A stretch of 63,166 bases of DNA, the filler included, from Globobulimina sp. (lineage: Eukaryota), in the NCBI GenBank assembly GCA_003354225.1. It is 38 parts of 38 records of this genome, joined end to end, with 100 filler letters (N's around TTAATTAATTAA, not from the genome) between each part and the next. Parts side by side here need not be neighbours in the genome. Positions count along the whole stretch, not along the records: positions 38,306 to 39,870 come from PIVH01014772.1; positions 39,971 to 41,535 come from PIVH01014773.1; positions 41,636 to 43,200 come from PIVH01014774.1; positions 43,301 to 44,864 come from PIVH01014775.1; positions 44,965 to 46,528 come from PIVH01014776.1; positions 46,629 to 48,192 come from PIVH01014777.1; positions 48,293 to 49,856 come from PIVH01014778.1; positions 49,957 to 51,520 come from PIVH01014779.1; 30 more parts are not named here. The stretch is one strand, 5' to 3'. Below the pieces are notes generated by a model that was not told the origin of the DNA, did no database searches, and was given only the letters and a program-made list of their open reading frames with translations. Shown piece after piece: positions 38,306 through 50,275 of the stretch. The first letter of the stretch is position 1. The number at the start of each line of letters is the position of its first letter. The translations under genes and the position numbers were made by a program.

Positions 38306-38424
38306 ACTCTGTTACATTGTTAAATAAATTTATTCCCAACAACGCCTATAAAAGTAACTTTATTTTTGTTTTACTGTGCTATGCAAAAACTGTTTATTGT
38401 ATACAAAAAAAATAAAACAGAAAC
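38306..38424 (+). repeat. 119-bp terminal direct repeat, left copy (identical to 39752-39870)
   Basis: Exact match actctgttacattg...aaaacagaaac at both contig ends. Confidence 0.95.
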
Positions 38425-38744
38425 AAAAAAACAAAAAATAAATATGTGATGATTGGGATTTAGACCCAAATCTTCACTAAATACGATGCGGCGGCTCCGC
38501 CGCCATAAATACCATAATAAATACAATAAGATGCTATTATTAAAACAAGCACTTATTGAATATTTTTTATTCTCCCATGAAACCAATCAAAAATCCGAAA
38601 CCATATATTATTTGTTTTTATTATGATAATACCAAATTCCCTATATGGTCATTATTGGGAATAAAGCATCGTATTCATATGCAACTTTATCTCTTGGCTG
38701 AGTAACGTTTCCCGAAAACACAGTTTTGAGCCTTGGGGGCTCGA

Positions 38745-39060
38745 TGCCGGCAATCAAGCCACCTGTCATATATACATAGGGCAGACCGACAATGCCTGCG
38801 CCAATTATCGAATTCAGCATATTAAATATGACAGATTTTATTGGCGACTGACCGGTATGCAATTTTCTGTCATCTATATGCGCCTCGTTATGATGAGGGC
38901 TGCCTGGGGCGCTCCTCGGCGCTGCTTTGTTGCTCCAATTGTTGTTGTTTCCGCCGGATAACTCAAGCGAGTCATCTTCAGTGAATTCTAGATAGCCTGC
39001 TTTTGTAAAGCTAACATGTGTGTTTTGAACGCTTTCGGAATTCTCAATGGTGATGATATT
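38745..39060 (-). pseudogene. Fragment of an SLC38/Aa_trans amino-acid transporter (N-terminus and TM1 only)
   Basis: SVIFNMLNSIIGAGIVGLPY...GG motif; similarity ends abruptly after GLIAGI; no ATG found upstream. Confidence 0.7.
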
Positions 39061-39101
39061 AATAATTAATATTAAAAACTGTGAAGTGGGTAAAACGCAT
39101 C

Positions 39102-39861
39102 ATGGCAGCTCGAAAATATGAGTTAGATTTTAGGAAATGTAAAAAAGTGCCACTGGAGGTAAGGGATACAGTATTTGGATTTGTTCGACAGTTTGAAAAG
39201 GAATTGGCAATAAAACAGACAGTGCCAGATCTTATTCATCATATATGTCTATTGTATTATTATGAAAATGATGATTGATGAATGGGATAAAGACACAATC
39301 GGAGATGCTTTGAGTTTATGTGATAATTTATTGACAATTAAACATAATGACAGTACATCGGGACATGGTGCATTGTTAAAGAATATTGTGAACCATGGTA
39401 GACATCATTGGAAATTTAGAATAAATAAAATAACTCCCACTGGATTTAATGGCATCATTGGAATGTTTGCATTGTATCCACAAAAAGAAAGACCTGCTTT
39501 AGGCGTAATTGATTATGCATCATCGCACGCCATTTGTGTAGAAACTGGACAATATGTTACATTCTTTGGTCATATGCCAACAGATTATGCCATTGGATGT
39601 AAATCAGGCAATGACATTGTTGAGATGCTTTGTGATATGAATGAAGGCACTTTGCGGTATATTGTGAATGGAATGGATTATGGCACTGTTGCTTCCACAC
39701 TCGATTCAAATATTGAATATAAAGCTGGAGTTTACATGTATTTACCAAACGACTCTGTTACATTGTTAAATAAATTTATTCCCAACAACGCCTATAAAAG
39801 TAACTTTATTTTTGTTTTACTGTGCTATGCAAAAACTGTTTATTGTATACAAAAAAAATAA
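39102..39861 (+). pseudogene. SPRY/B30.2-like domain gene with a frameshift near 39270
   Basis: VFGFVR..VPDLIHHICLLYY then DEWD in another frame; HHWKFRI, DIVEMLCDM..GTLRYIVNG.DYG and YKAGV motifs. Confidence 0.7.
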
Positions 39862-39870
39862 AACAGAAAC
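39752..39870 (+). repeat. 119-bp terminal direct repeat, right copy
   Basis: Identical to 38306-38424. Confidence 0.95.
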
Positions 39871-39970
39871 NNNNNNNNNNNNNNNNNNNNNNNNNNNNNN
39901 NNNNNNNNNNNNNNTTAATTAATTAANNNNNNNNNNNNNNNNNNNNNNNNNNNNNNNNNNNNNNNNNNNN

Positions 39971-40855
39971 ATTATCCATCTTCATTTCTTTCATATCATC
40001 CATACTGTTCTTCTTTTTCTTTTTCTCTTTTATTTTCTTTTTCTTTCTATTCCTTTTATTTGATTTTGCTTTTTTTGTGTCAATTAAACCAATACAAGCT
40101 TCTAAATATGGATTAATAATTTCATTGTTATATTTTATATTTTTATCTCGCATCAATTTAACAAATAATTTATATCCAACTAATGCATCATCAGCAGCAT
40201 AATGAATATGATGTATTGTTAATTTATCATCATTCCAGTTTTCATGAAAATGGCGTTTATTTATATTTTTATATTTCATTTTTTGTTTTAATAAAAGCAG
40301 ACTCATCGAAGCAAGGCCAAATGAATTATGAAGTTCCTGTGTTGTTAAATCATTAATATCCTTTTTATAATATATGCATTTTAACTCATTTTGCTCTTTT
40401 ATGGATAATAAATTGTCAAAAATATCGTTAATATCAACGCAGCCATTTACATCCAAATTATAATGATTTTTTAATTTGTTTTTATCGGAATGTATACCAA
40501 TTCCTGCTTTTAATATTTCCACATCACCTAAAAAATCATGTAATTCCAATGGGACATTGTTTATTAAGTTCATTCGCAGTAAAATGATAATATTTTTATG
40601 CCCCAATTGTATCATCGAGATTTTCTTGTTTCTATCTTCTATTTTTGATGACCATTCAATATCAAATCCAACAACTTTTGGCTTCAATGATTTTAATTCA
40701 GCCAGCAAAACTACACATTCTTTTGATGTAATTGCCATTTTAGTACAAACGCCTTCATGAACACTGCAGGAATTAGACTCCAGAAAATCTAATTTGTAAA
40801 TAATGTACGTGATTACGGTAAATAAAAAAACCGACACAGAGGCAGCAAACATCAT
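39971..40855 (-). CDS. DEDDy 3'-5' exonuclease (WRN/EXD2-like) with N-terminal membrane anchor, 3' truncated
   Basis: VVGFDIEW, MIQLG, ILKAGIGI..D..KL, GLASMS, NW...LT...IHYAADDA. Confidence 0.88.
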
Positions 40856-40935
40856 ATTGTGTTTTAAAAACTTTTATTATCTAACTTTATCTAACTTTTT
40901 TTCAAACGTTTTTCCTCAAGTCGTTACTCATTAAA

Positions 40936-41535
40936 ATGGAGAAGTTGATTCAATTCCGATCGTTTGTTCATAAATTGAAAGATAAAGAATATGAATTGTT
41001 TTTGTTGCAATTATTGCCCATGATATCGAATAAAGAGAATATGAGTACAATTTTATTTCATCATTTCAACGAATTACATTCAATAAATAAATATGAAGAA
41101 GTACAAAATATAAATAATATTTTATCCACGATTCTAAACGATCGGAAGAAGCCGACTCCAGAACCAGAGCCGAATGCAAATATTCCATCGCCATCGCCAT
41201 CTCAGACATCTCCGGCATCTCTGACTGATGCTCTTTGTACAGATCCAGCAAATAAAGAGGAAGTGAAAGGTAATATTTGTTATTTTGATGATCCACCAAA
41301 TGAATTAATATCCGAAATTGTATCATATTTTTCGTTTGGGGATTATTTAAATTTTCAGAAAATAAATAGGAGAATGTTTATTATTTGCAAATCTCCCATT
41401 AAATTTACGCACCTTTCGGCTCCTTTTATTGTCGAAAAAAACGATTATTGTTTCACCAGCTATTTAAGCAAATATTTACAAGATTGTCGTTCAAATCAAC
41501 CGATTACAAATTATTTCAATTTTAGAAATCTAAAC
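40936..41535 (+). CDS. F-box-like protein, 5' part
   Basis: FDDPPNELISEIVSYF...DY..FQKINRR F-box-like motif. Confidence 0.6.
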
Positions 41536-41635
41536 NNNNNNNNNNNNNNNNNNNNNNNNNNNNNNNNNNNNNNNNNNNNTTAATTAATTAANNNNNNNNN
41601 NNNNNNNNNNNNNNNNNNNNNNNNNNNNNNNNNNN

Positions 41636-43200
41636 TCAAATATTAAATAATAATAATAATTGTTTTTCATATAACTCTGATATTATAGAAAATTTTATTG
41701 TTTCTGAGATAAAAACGAATTCTGAAATTAATAGATATATTTTTCAAACCTCAATGAGTTTATTAAATTATTTATCAAATATTGTGGACAAAGATTGTGC
41801 GTATAATAATTTCAAACAGGTAATGGATTTATTAATATCCCGTTATGATTCCTTGTTATTTGATTTTTGTGATGAAAACAATTTATTTGTTATTCAATTA
41901 TCACAAATATTGAGTTTATGGTTCAATGTTGCTGTTGAAAATGAGGAATTTATGGACGAGTTATTTGAAAATGGAAATTCTTTAAATATGGATTATTTTG
42001 CATTAATTTATGATTTGTTAACGCAATCATTAGATCCATGCTACACTTTACGAAATGTACAATCATTAAATGATTTGTCAGTATCTGAGATATCAGTCAC
42101 TACGAATAAAGCCATAGTATTATACAATAACAGCGATATAACCTCGTTACTGTCGCCAATGATAATTAACGGAGATAATTTTTATTTATTATATAATTTA
42201 ATCAATAATGTGGTTGATTTTATATCTATGTATTCATTAATAGACAGTGACATTATTGCCTCTTCGGAGATTCCTATTAAAGGAATGGTATATTTTATAG
42301 AGAAAGTATTGTATTTGTCAGGTTTAACGTCACTTTCGACGAGCATAACAACTGAGATATTTAATACAACATTCGACAATTTTGAATTGCTTACAATCAG
42401 ACATGACAATGACACATTAACCACAATTATAAATGATATTACATTAACATTGAACACAGGCAATTCGAATTCAGATATAATATTATTTGGAATATCGGTC
42501 AATTCAACATCAAATGTATCATATTCTGGAGAAAATAGCGATAAATGTCTATCAAATGTGGGAACATTACACGGTAAAGAAATATCAGTGACAGTTTTAG
42601 ATTTACAAAATTCATCAGAAACAGAAATAATATTAATATTTCATAATGTATCGCCTGATGATAATGTAGCCTGTGTTTGGTATAATGAATTGACACAAAA
42701 ATGGGATTCAAAAGGTTGTGTTACTACATATTATACAGACAAAGAAGAAATATGGTGTCAATGTACTCATTTGACCACATTCGCCACCATTCGGGGCTTA
42801 ACAAATGAATGTAAGAATGATAAATTATTAGCAATTTTCCAAAATGATCTATTTGTCACTTTGAATACATTGTTTGCTGTGGTATTTTTATGCATTGTTT
42901 GCTGGACATTATTTCACATCATTCGATTAAAAGTGTTAAGAATTCAAAACGTATTTAAACGTGTTCCAATTCGAGTTATTACATTGATTGCTTTTATATC
43001 CTCAATACAATGTTTGACGTGTTTAGAATTATATATTTTGAGTAAAGACAACAATAACAATTCACATAAATCATATCATATTTCATTGTTGACTATTTTA
43101 ATATTATTACCATTGCCATTTTATTATGTGTTATTTACAATAATTTTATTTTCGTGGATAAATATTGCTTATGCAATGAAAGGAAAAATAGTCTTAGTTA
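41636..43200 (+). CDS. GAIN/GPS-domain multi-pass receptor (adhesion GPCR/PKD-like) fragment
   Basis: CVWYNE...WDSKGC...CQCTHLTTFA GPS motif with intact HL|T site, followed by TM helices. Confidence 0.85.
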
Positions 43201-43300
43201 NNNNNNNNNNNNNNNNNNNNNNNNNNNNNNNNNNNNNNNNNNNNTTAATTAATTAANNNNNNNNNNNNNNNNNNNNNNNNNNNNNNNNNNNNNNNNNNNN

Positions 43301-43705
43301 ATTTGTTGTCATTGATATCGATATTTCCATTGTACAAAATATGAGTTCACATTCAGGAATATTAAAATTAAACAAATCTTGGATTGACTCATTCGATTCA
43401 TTCGAATTTGAATTTAAAAAATTAATTTTTGATGAATTTAAGCCATACTCAGGACATAAACTCTTTATATTATGAATAAACATTCCTAAATCCGCGAATT
43501 GACCAATTTCCATTTGCTTATCAATGCTAAATATCATTTGAATAGTTTTATTTTTATCCTCCAAATAAACATTCCAAGGCTGTAAATTGCCCCCAGATGG
43601 AGCATACTTTGCAATTTCCAATATTTTTATGATTTTATCTCTCAAATTATCCTTGTTCATTAAAACTCTTTTTGTTTTCATCACATTAAAAGTTGTAAAA
43701 AACAT
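43301..43705 (-). CDS. Short or internally deleted nitroreductase-family protein (possibly a pseudogene)
   Basis: ILEIAKYAPSGGNLQPWNVY and DLGMFIHNI motifs, separated by an unusually short spacer. Confidence 0.65.
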
Positions 43706-43774
43706 TCTTTCTTTTTGTTTTCATCACATTTAAATTCTGTTTCACTTTATTTCTTTTGTCACATAAGTGCAGCA

Positions 43775-44864
43775 ATGCATGCACAACAATTTATATTTAT
43801 TGCTGGGATAATAATGATATGGCGTGTTTGTGCTGGGGACAGACAATCTGGTGATATATCACAATTGATTGAGAAATGGGTCATAATATACGGTGATTCT
43901 CAAAGTGGCAAAAGTACCTTTGTGAATGCAATATTTGAGCAAAACTTAGCAGAAACAGGCGACGGCAGTGGGGCGTCTGTGACGCAAAATTTTACTATAT
44001 ATTCAAAATTATTTACCTCACCAATAACATCTGATAAGTTTCAGTTGAATATCATTGATATGCCAGGTAATTTGGATACAAATTTAAGATGGACAGATAA
44101 AGACATTTTAAAAAATTTAGAATTCTCCGTAATTAAAGCTGGACAAACAAATAAGATCGACGTGATGTTTGTAGCTGAAGAATTATCGTCCGGTGCAACG
44201 CAATTACAACGACATTTAAATGCAATAACCCTCATATTTGGTGAAAGTGTCACGAAAAGTGTAGTTATTTTGGGCTTAAAACCGAATCAAAGCGTATCAA
44301 ATCTACATAGTTATGTGAGAATAAACAGCGTCAAACAAGTTTGCGACAAGCTCAATGTACAATTTTTAAGTTATGAAAGCAATGCGGCACATGATTATAA
44401 TGAACAGTTTGCATCGTTTATGGATCTGTTGTTTGATGATAATATTACACCATATCAAATGGATGAGGTTGATAAAACAAGACAGCAAATTACGGATAGA
44501 GCCAAAGAATTGATGGCAAAGGCTCCTAAAAGATATAAAATGGTGAATTATACTGCCGAGGTCGAGAGATTAGAGCCAGTAGAAAAAGAAGAAAAATATT
44601 GGGATAGACAATGGGGAGTTGTTGGATGGGACTCTGGTTTTTGGTTTTGGGAGGATGACGATGAGATTTATGGATGGATTCCAGTTCAAAGAACCAGAAT
44701 GATAACAATATATAAACCATATACGGCAATTGTACCAAAACAAAAATTGGTTGAAGTACCGTATAACATTTCAGAATTTATACCTGTTGCAGAGAAGGAA
44801 TGGGAAAATAAAATCAAAGCATTGTTTCAAATTAATGTGGAATTCCCATCAAGCGAAAATTGCA
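43775..44864 (+). CDS. AIG1-like P-loop GTPase with N-terminal signal peptide-like segment, 3' truncated
   Basis: IYGDSQSGKSTFVN (G1), SVT (G2), IIDMPG (G3), IFGE motif; MHAQQFIFIAGIIMIWRVCA leader. Confidence 0.75.
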
Positions 44865-45157
44865 NNNNNNNNNNNNNNNNNNNNNNNNNNNNNNNNNNNN
44901 NNNNNNNNTTAATTAATTAANNNNNNNNNNNNNNNNNNNNNNNNNNNNNNNNNNNNNNNNNNNNAGCATATAAGCAGATTGTAAACTTATTTGACGATAA
45001 ACCTATAAGAAAGAAAAAGAATTAAAATTACATATACTCAAATGACGTGACAAAAAACATACTAAGTTTTGAACAAAACTTGCATTTTCATTATTTTTAA
45101 AAACATTCTAAAAATTGGAGCTTAGGCCTCTTATTGAAAAACTTTTCAGTGCAGATC

Positions 45158-45981
45158 ATGTCACAAAGTGATCTCCAAAGAATGCAACTGAAAAATAGGA
45201 AACAAAACAAACGCAAATCAAAGAGCAAAAAAAGTTCATCGTCCGATTACAACAAAAAAAAGAAATCAAAATTACCACAGAAAAAGTTGTCACGTGCACA
45301 ATCATCATGGAATGCATGGCCTGCAAGTTTTATTACATTAATAATACTATCATTGATTGTATACAATGAGTTGCAATATAACATACCATCGATAAATGGT
45401 AAAATCTCCAATAAAAAACCATACAAAACTGTAGATGAATACTATCCATATTATTTATCAGAACATTCCCATCCGGATACCCAACGCGCGCATATTTTTG
45501 GTGTGTTGCTTAACTTATATTTTATGCGAAATTGCGAACTTTTTATATATATGTTTATATTGTAGGCACCACATTGGTTTTATTGATATCTTTGGTGAAG
45601 CCGGAAATAGCAATAACAACAATCATAGGAATTTTATCGGGATATCTTTTGTTTCCCGCATTTCGTGGAATTGATAATGGCGGCGCCGAAGTATTGGTAA
45701 TGGTTATAATGGTAATGTTGATTGCTCATTTTCATGGAATTAAGAAATATGCGATTTTGGTTGGACTTATTGGTGTTGGATTTGCATGGTTTGGACATTT
45801 TTATTTTGAAAAAAACACATCAGCGGCATTTATATATCCATCATATTCAATGCTTTGTGATTTTAAAATGTTCGGAGCGTTTTATAAACAGTTATTGAAT
45901 ACAAATAGTTGGGAAGTGTTATGGGATAAAGGTATAGATTTTACGGAGGCATTGGGTCCCAATAAGTTCATGCCAAGCTAG
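45158..45981 (+). CDS. Mpo1/DUF962 family membrane protein; intron 45501-45565
   Basis: YYPYYLSEHS....RAHIFGT, GFAWFGHFYFEKN..AAF.YP.YS..CDFKM. Confidence 0.88.
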
Positions 45982-46102
45982 TAAAAAACATTAAAAAACA
46001 TAGTGCAATGATTGAAATTCCCTGACATTTTAGTAGTTGGACATTCACGAAAAGTATATCGCTTGCTATACAAGTTGTATGCAAATTTCAGACATATGTA
46101 TT

Positions 46103-46130
46103 GAAGTTTTCTTGAAGTGAGCTACTCATC
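46103..46130 (+). promoter_or_regulatory. 28-bp shared upstream motif, copy 2 (GAAGTTTTCTTGAAGTGAGCTACTCATC)
   Basis: 27/28 identical to 26665-26692; ends 17 nt before the ATG at 46148. Confidence 0.55.
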
Positions 46131-46147
46131 ACACAAAAAAGAAAAAC

Positions 46148-46528
46148 ATGGATACTGACAGACAAATACTACCCAGACAAACAAACCAAGAAAAACAAGG
46201 AACAACAAAACAATCCGTATCCAGTGCTCAACAGCCACAAGAAAATAAACCAAATTCAGTATCAGATGCACCGCGGCCGGCACCCGAACAGTTGATAGAT
46301 TTTGATATATTTTTCGAGAATAAAGCAAATGAAATGGATAATGAGAGTGATAAATGTACGCATAAAGTAAATGAATGTAAACCAATAAAACGAGTAATTG
46401 CGGGGTTAATATATTATGAAATGTTAAATAAGCGACAAAATGAGAATAGAAGCGGTCAAAGAATATTTAGTGAGTTTTTGTGTGAAATGTATGCAAATTA
46501 TTTGGATGATATCGCTCATTTTGTCGTA
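46148..46528 (+). CDS. Unknown protein, 5' part
   Basis: ATG-initiated ORF running into the gap; C..IKRVI..L.YY...YLDDIAH motif. Confidence 0.55.
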
Positions 46529-46947
46529 NNNNNNNNNNNNNNNNNNNNNNNNNNNNNNNNNNNNNNNNNNNNTTAATTAATTAANNNNNNNNNNNNNNNN
46601 NNNNNNNNNNNNNNNNNNNNNNNNNNNNTTGTAAAATATTATCACTAGGTTAGTCGCGTAGTAGAAATCAACAGAGCGAATGGCATGAGGGTTGGGTCGA
46701 CACAACTTTCATGTCCTTGGCGCTGCGGGTAAAAACTACTAGTTGAGTCACAAATTAAAAAGCTTACTAAAGAGTTGGTTGTTACTTTAGATCTTGTGGC
46801 GAAAACAGAAATTCATAAAAAGATCGAAAAGGTCAGTGATTCAGTTAAAATTGTTGTATTCAAATTATCATATAATTTGGCTGGGTATTGCACCTAAGCG
46901 AAATTTTGCTGACCATTCGATCACGACCAACCCTGTAGAAACAAAGG

Positions 46948-48192
46948 ATGTATTGTAATTACAAGCCAAAGGACTCTTTCACCCAATTTGATTTGGGAAT
47001 TCCAAATGCAGACTCGCTTGTATGTGGTAGAGTTGCACATGGTGTCGGTGAAAATACTGGTACATGTATTAAATGTAGTATTCAGGGTCATCTTGATGTT
47101 AATTGTATGGCCACTATGGCACAGCGATATTATTTGTTGAGTAATCGTGCTGAATTGTTGCAAGGTATTGTGCCTAATAAATTGTTTGTTTGCGAATTGA
47201 AGAAAGAACAAATTGACTGGGTTAATAAACATCCTAATGTGGTATTTGAAGAACGAATGAAAATTCCACGCGCACCACCAATAAATATGGCAGACAACCC
47301 ATTTGGTAAAGCACCCAGGACGGCAACGACACCGGTACAGTTACCAGTGAAGTCAACAAAGAAACAAACAGGTATCGCTGTGGCTTATGTACCAGTACAA
47401 AGTCATTCGCAGTACCAACAGGTTATGGAAAAGAAGTCACAAGGAGACAAAAGCGTCAAGAAAAAGAAAGCTCAGAAACAGGTAGCAACTGAAGAACAAA
47501 TGGAGGTTGACAGTGCATTGAGTACTACAGCAACAGGTAAGTCCAGTCTTGTAGACGTACCAACAGTGCCTACAGTTCGACTTGGAGCAGCTGCTCAGTA
47601 TCGACCATTGGACCATCCAGGGAAATCGACATTTCAACAACAACCATATAAGGTCCGACCAATGGAAGCACCGAAGATAGTGCAGAAAAGAAGTGTTGTA
47701 GATGCTAAACGTGTTATGGAGTCACCTTCAGAGTCAGACGTAGCGCAAGCTAAACGTCCTCGTATTCGCATTGAGCCTGTAGAAGGTACTATCAGTTATG
47801 CTGGAGTCGTGTTCCCAAATCCAACTGGGTATGCCAATCTTTTTGACAGCCAGGCGGATAGGATTGACACTCAAGGGCGTGCACCTAACATGTTTAAAGC
47901 AGCAGCAAGACAAACCGCTTTTCAAACAGAAGGGTCACCAGAAAAGCATGTGGTTAGTAATCAACCAGAGGAGAAACCATGTGGACGGAAACGGTTGACA
48001 ATACCCTCTCGAAATAAGAAAATTGCCACTCGAACTTGGGAAACATATGATGACACATTATATGCTATGAATTCAACAGCTTCAGATGAAGCACGAATTA
48101 AGAACATTCAGCATATAATTGAAATGAAAGTACCAGAAGGGCAATTGTACACAATATTGAATGGTTGGGAACCAGAGTTGTTGGAGAAATGT
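46948..48192 (+). mobile_element. Gag/ORF1-like protein with a CCHC zinc knuckle (probable retrotransposon)
   Basis: CIKCSIQGHLDVNC = C-x2-C-x4-H-x4-C; intronless, composition distinct from host genes; no pol region in the contig. Confidence 0.45.
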
Positions 48193-48364
48193 NNNNNNNN
48201 NNNNNNNNNNNNNNNNNNNNNNNNNNNNNNNNNNNNTTAATTAATTAANNNNNNNNNNNNNNNNNNNNNNNNNNNNNNNNNNNNNNNNNNNNACAAAAAA
48301 ACAGGAAAAAAAAAGGAAAACGGAATAAATATATAATTATTTTACATGTTTAAGTTATTAATTA

Positions 48365-49492
48365 TTATGGTTCGAATTCTGTTACACGTGGCGAAGGTGT
48401 GGGAGATGGACTGTTTCCAATATTATTTGAGCTGGAACCAACAGTACTGACAGATGTTACCTTTTTTAATTCAAGTTTCCTTGATTTGGTACTTTCTATT
48501 TCGCCGTCATGGTCTAAATACCACCGTATCCGTTGCTGCTCTTTGTCTTTCTTTTTGCTTCGAAAACAAATCAAAACACAGCAACGACATAATTTTGTAA
48601 AATATTTGTTATTGTAACCAAACATCAATCCAATCACCAGACAATTTAGAAGTAAATCAATATGTATCGTAAAAACCGTACCAAAATACCAAAATAAATA
48701 TGCTAAAATCGTAGAAACAGTACCAAATATTGTTAGGATTGTATTTTTTACGATTAATGCTTGAAACCGAAATGCAATGTGTACGTTATCCTTGTTTGCA
48801 GAGAGTAATTTATTTAATTTGCTCTTGAATATCACACAAAATATTATATTTAAAATAAAAATCAATACTATTTCGACGAAAAACAGAACCATTGGGTTGG
48901 TGTCAGACGTTGAAATTGGAAAATCACAAAATGATATTTGTCCAACTAATCCATCTGATGGCTCCCACATTACTTCACAAGCAGAGATATGTCTGCTTAC
49001 GATGATAAAAACCGGCATCAAAATAAAGAATTCACTGAGAATGAGTGCGGATAATACATATGCGGCTGCTCTGCCGATGGCTAAATGTGAGCCTCTGAAC
49101 GATCGTTCCGTTCTTAGGAATATTTGCGCAAAATACAAAGTATAATATATCCATGGAAATATCTTTGGTGCGTACGCCATAAAGACACAACTCATTGTAT
49201 GCTTTGTACGGGATGTTAACGGATCGATTAAAAATCGAAATAAATCATTAACAGTCCAGAAAATACCGGTAATTTGAAGCAATATATATAAAATACGCAA
49301 TGGAAGCGACGTCTTGTTGTTTTTTTTATATTCATTGTATGATGATTGGCATAGTAATGCTATCTGGAGAGCTATTATTATTGGCAAAGAAATCGCAAAT
49401 TCTAAGAGTGGGTGCTGAGCAGGGTGTTCCGCAACACAGATCGCGACCATGGTGCTTAAGTTCAAAGACTTCAAATTTAAAACCTGTGGCAT
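48365..49492 (-). CDS. 7TM GPCR-like membrane protein
   Basis: Seven hydrophobic helices, Cys cluster after TM7 and Ser/Thr-rich tail; complete ORF. Confidence 0.8.
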   Translation of the reverse strand: MPQVLNLKSLNLSTMVAICVAEHPAQHPLLEFAISLPIIIALQIALLCQSSYNEYKKNNKTSLPLRILYILLQITGIFWTVNDLFRFLIDPLTSRTKHTMSCVFMAYAPKIFPWIYYTLYFAQIFLRTERSFRGSHLAIGRAAAYVLSALILSEFFILMPVFIIVSRHISACEVMWEPSDGLVGQISFCDFPISTSDTNPMVLFFVEIVLIFILNIIFCVIFKSKLNKLLSANKDNVHIAFRFQALIVKNTILTIFGTVSTILAYLFWYFGTVFTIHIDLLLNCLVIGLMFGYNNKYFTKLCRCCVLICFRSKKKDKEQQRIRWYLDHDGEIESTKSRKLELKKVTSVSTVGSSSNNIGNSPSPTPSPRVTEFEP

Positions 49493-49524
49493 GCAATTTT
49501 TTGATGCGGCTTAAATTTTTTTTA

Positions 49525-49856
49525 CATATGTTTAAGTTATACTTTTGGTTATATTATTAATTATTATGGTTCGAATTCGGTTACACGTGGCGAAGGTGTT
49601 GGAGTTGGACTGTTTCCAATATTATTTGAGCTGGAACCCATACTACTGGCAGATGTTACGTTTTTTAATTCAAGTTTCCTTGATTTCGTACTTTCTATTT
49701 CGCCGTCATGATCTAAATACCACCGTATCCGTTGTTGCTGAAAGATAGCTCCGTTCTTAGTAATATTTGCGCAAAATAAAAAGTGTAATATATCCATGGT
49801 AGTATCTTTGGTGCGTACGCCATGACGGCACAACTCATTGTATGCTTTGAACGCGA
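49525..49856 (-). pseudogene. Internally deleted tandem paralogue of the adjacent 7TM gene
   Basis: 49525-49740 closely matches 48340-48540 and 49742-49856 matches ~49100-49220; the middle ~560 bp is missing and there are small indels. Confidence 0.85.
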
Positions 49857-50275
49857 NNNNNNNNNNNNNNNNNNNNNNNNNNNNNNNNNNNNNNNNNNNN
49901 TTAATTAATTAANNNNNNNNNNNNNNNNNNNNNNNNNNNNNNNNNNNNNNNNNNNNTTTTTTCTTTTTTTGTAATTATTTTTTCAACCATTTTTACATAT
50001 CTTTATGGTTTCGGAATATTATTTAGTCAGCATTGTAAAAAAAAGTTAATGTGTCGAAAATATAGTCTCCTCCTAAAGAATACGAAAATATAGATTTGTT
50101 GCAACATTTACCATATGGAAAGTAAGATTATCCAATAATGAACAAGGAAACGTATGGATAAAACTAAGACGAGAATCACCATTTAAGTCATCTGAATAAC
50201 TGCAATCCTTAATTTACTAGGCTGAAAGTGCGCTCAGTAAAAGAGTTTTTGTGTATTTACATCATGTTTTTAAGG

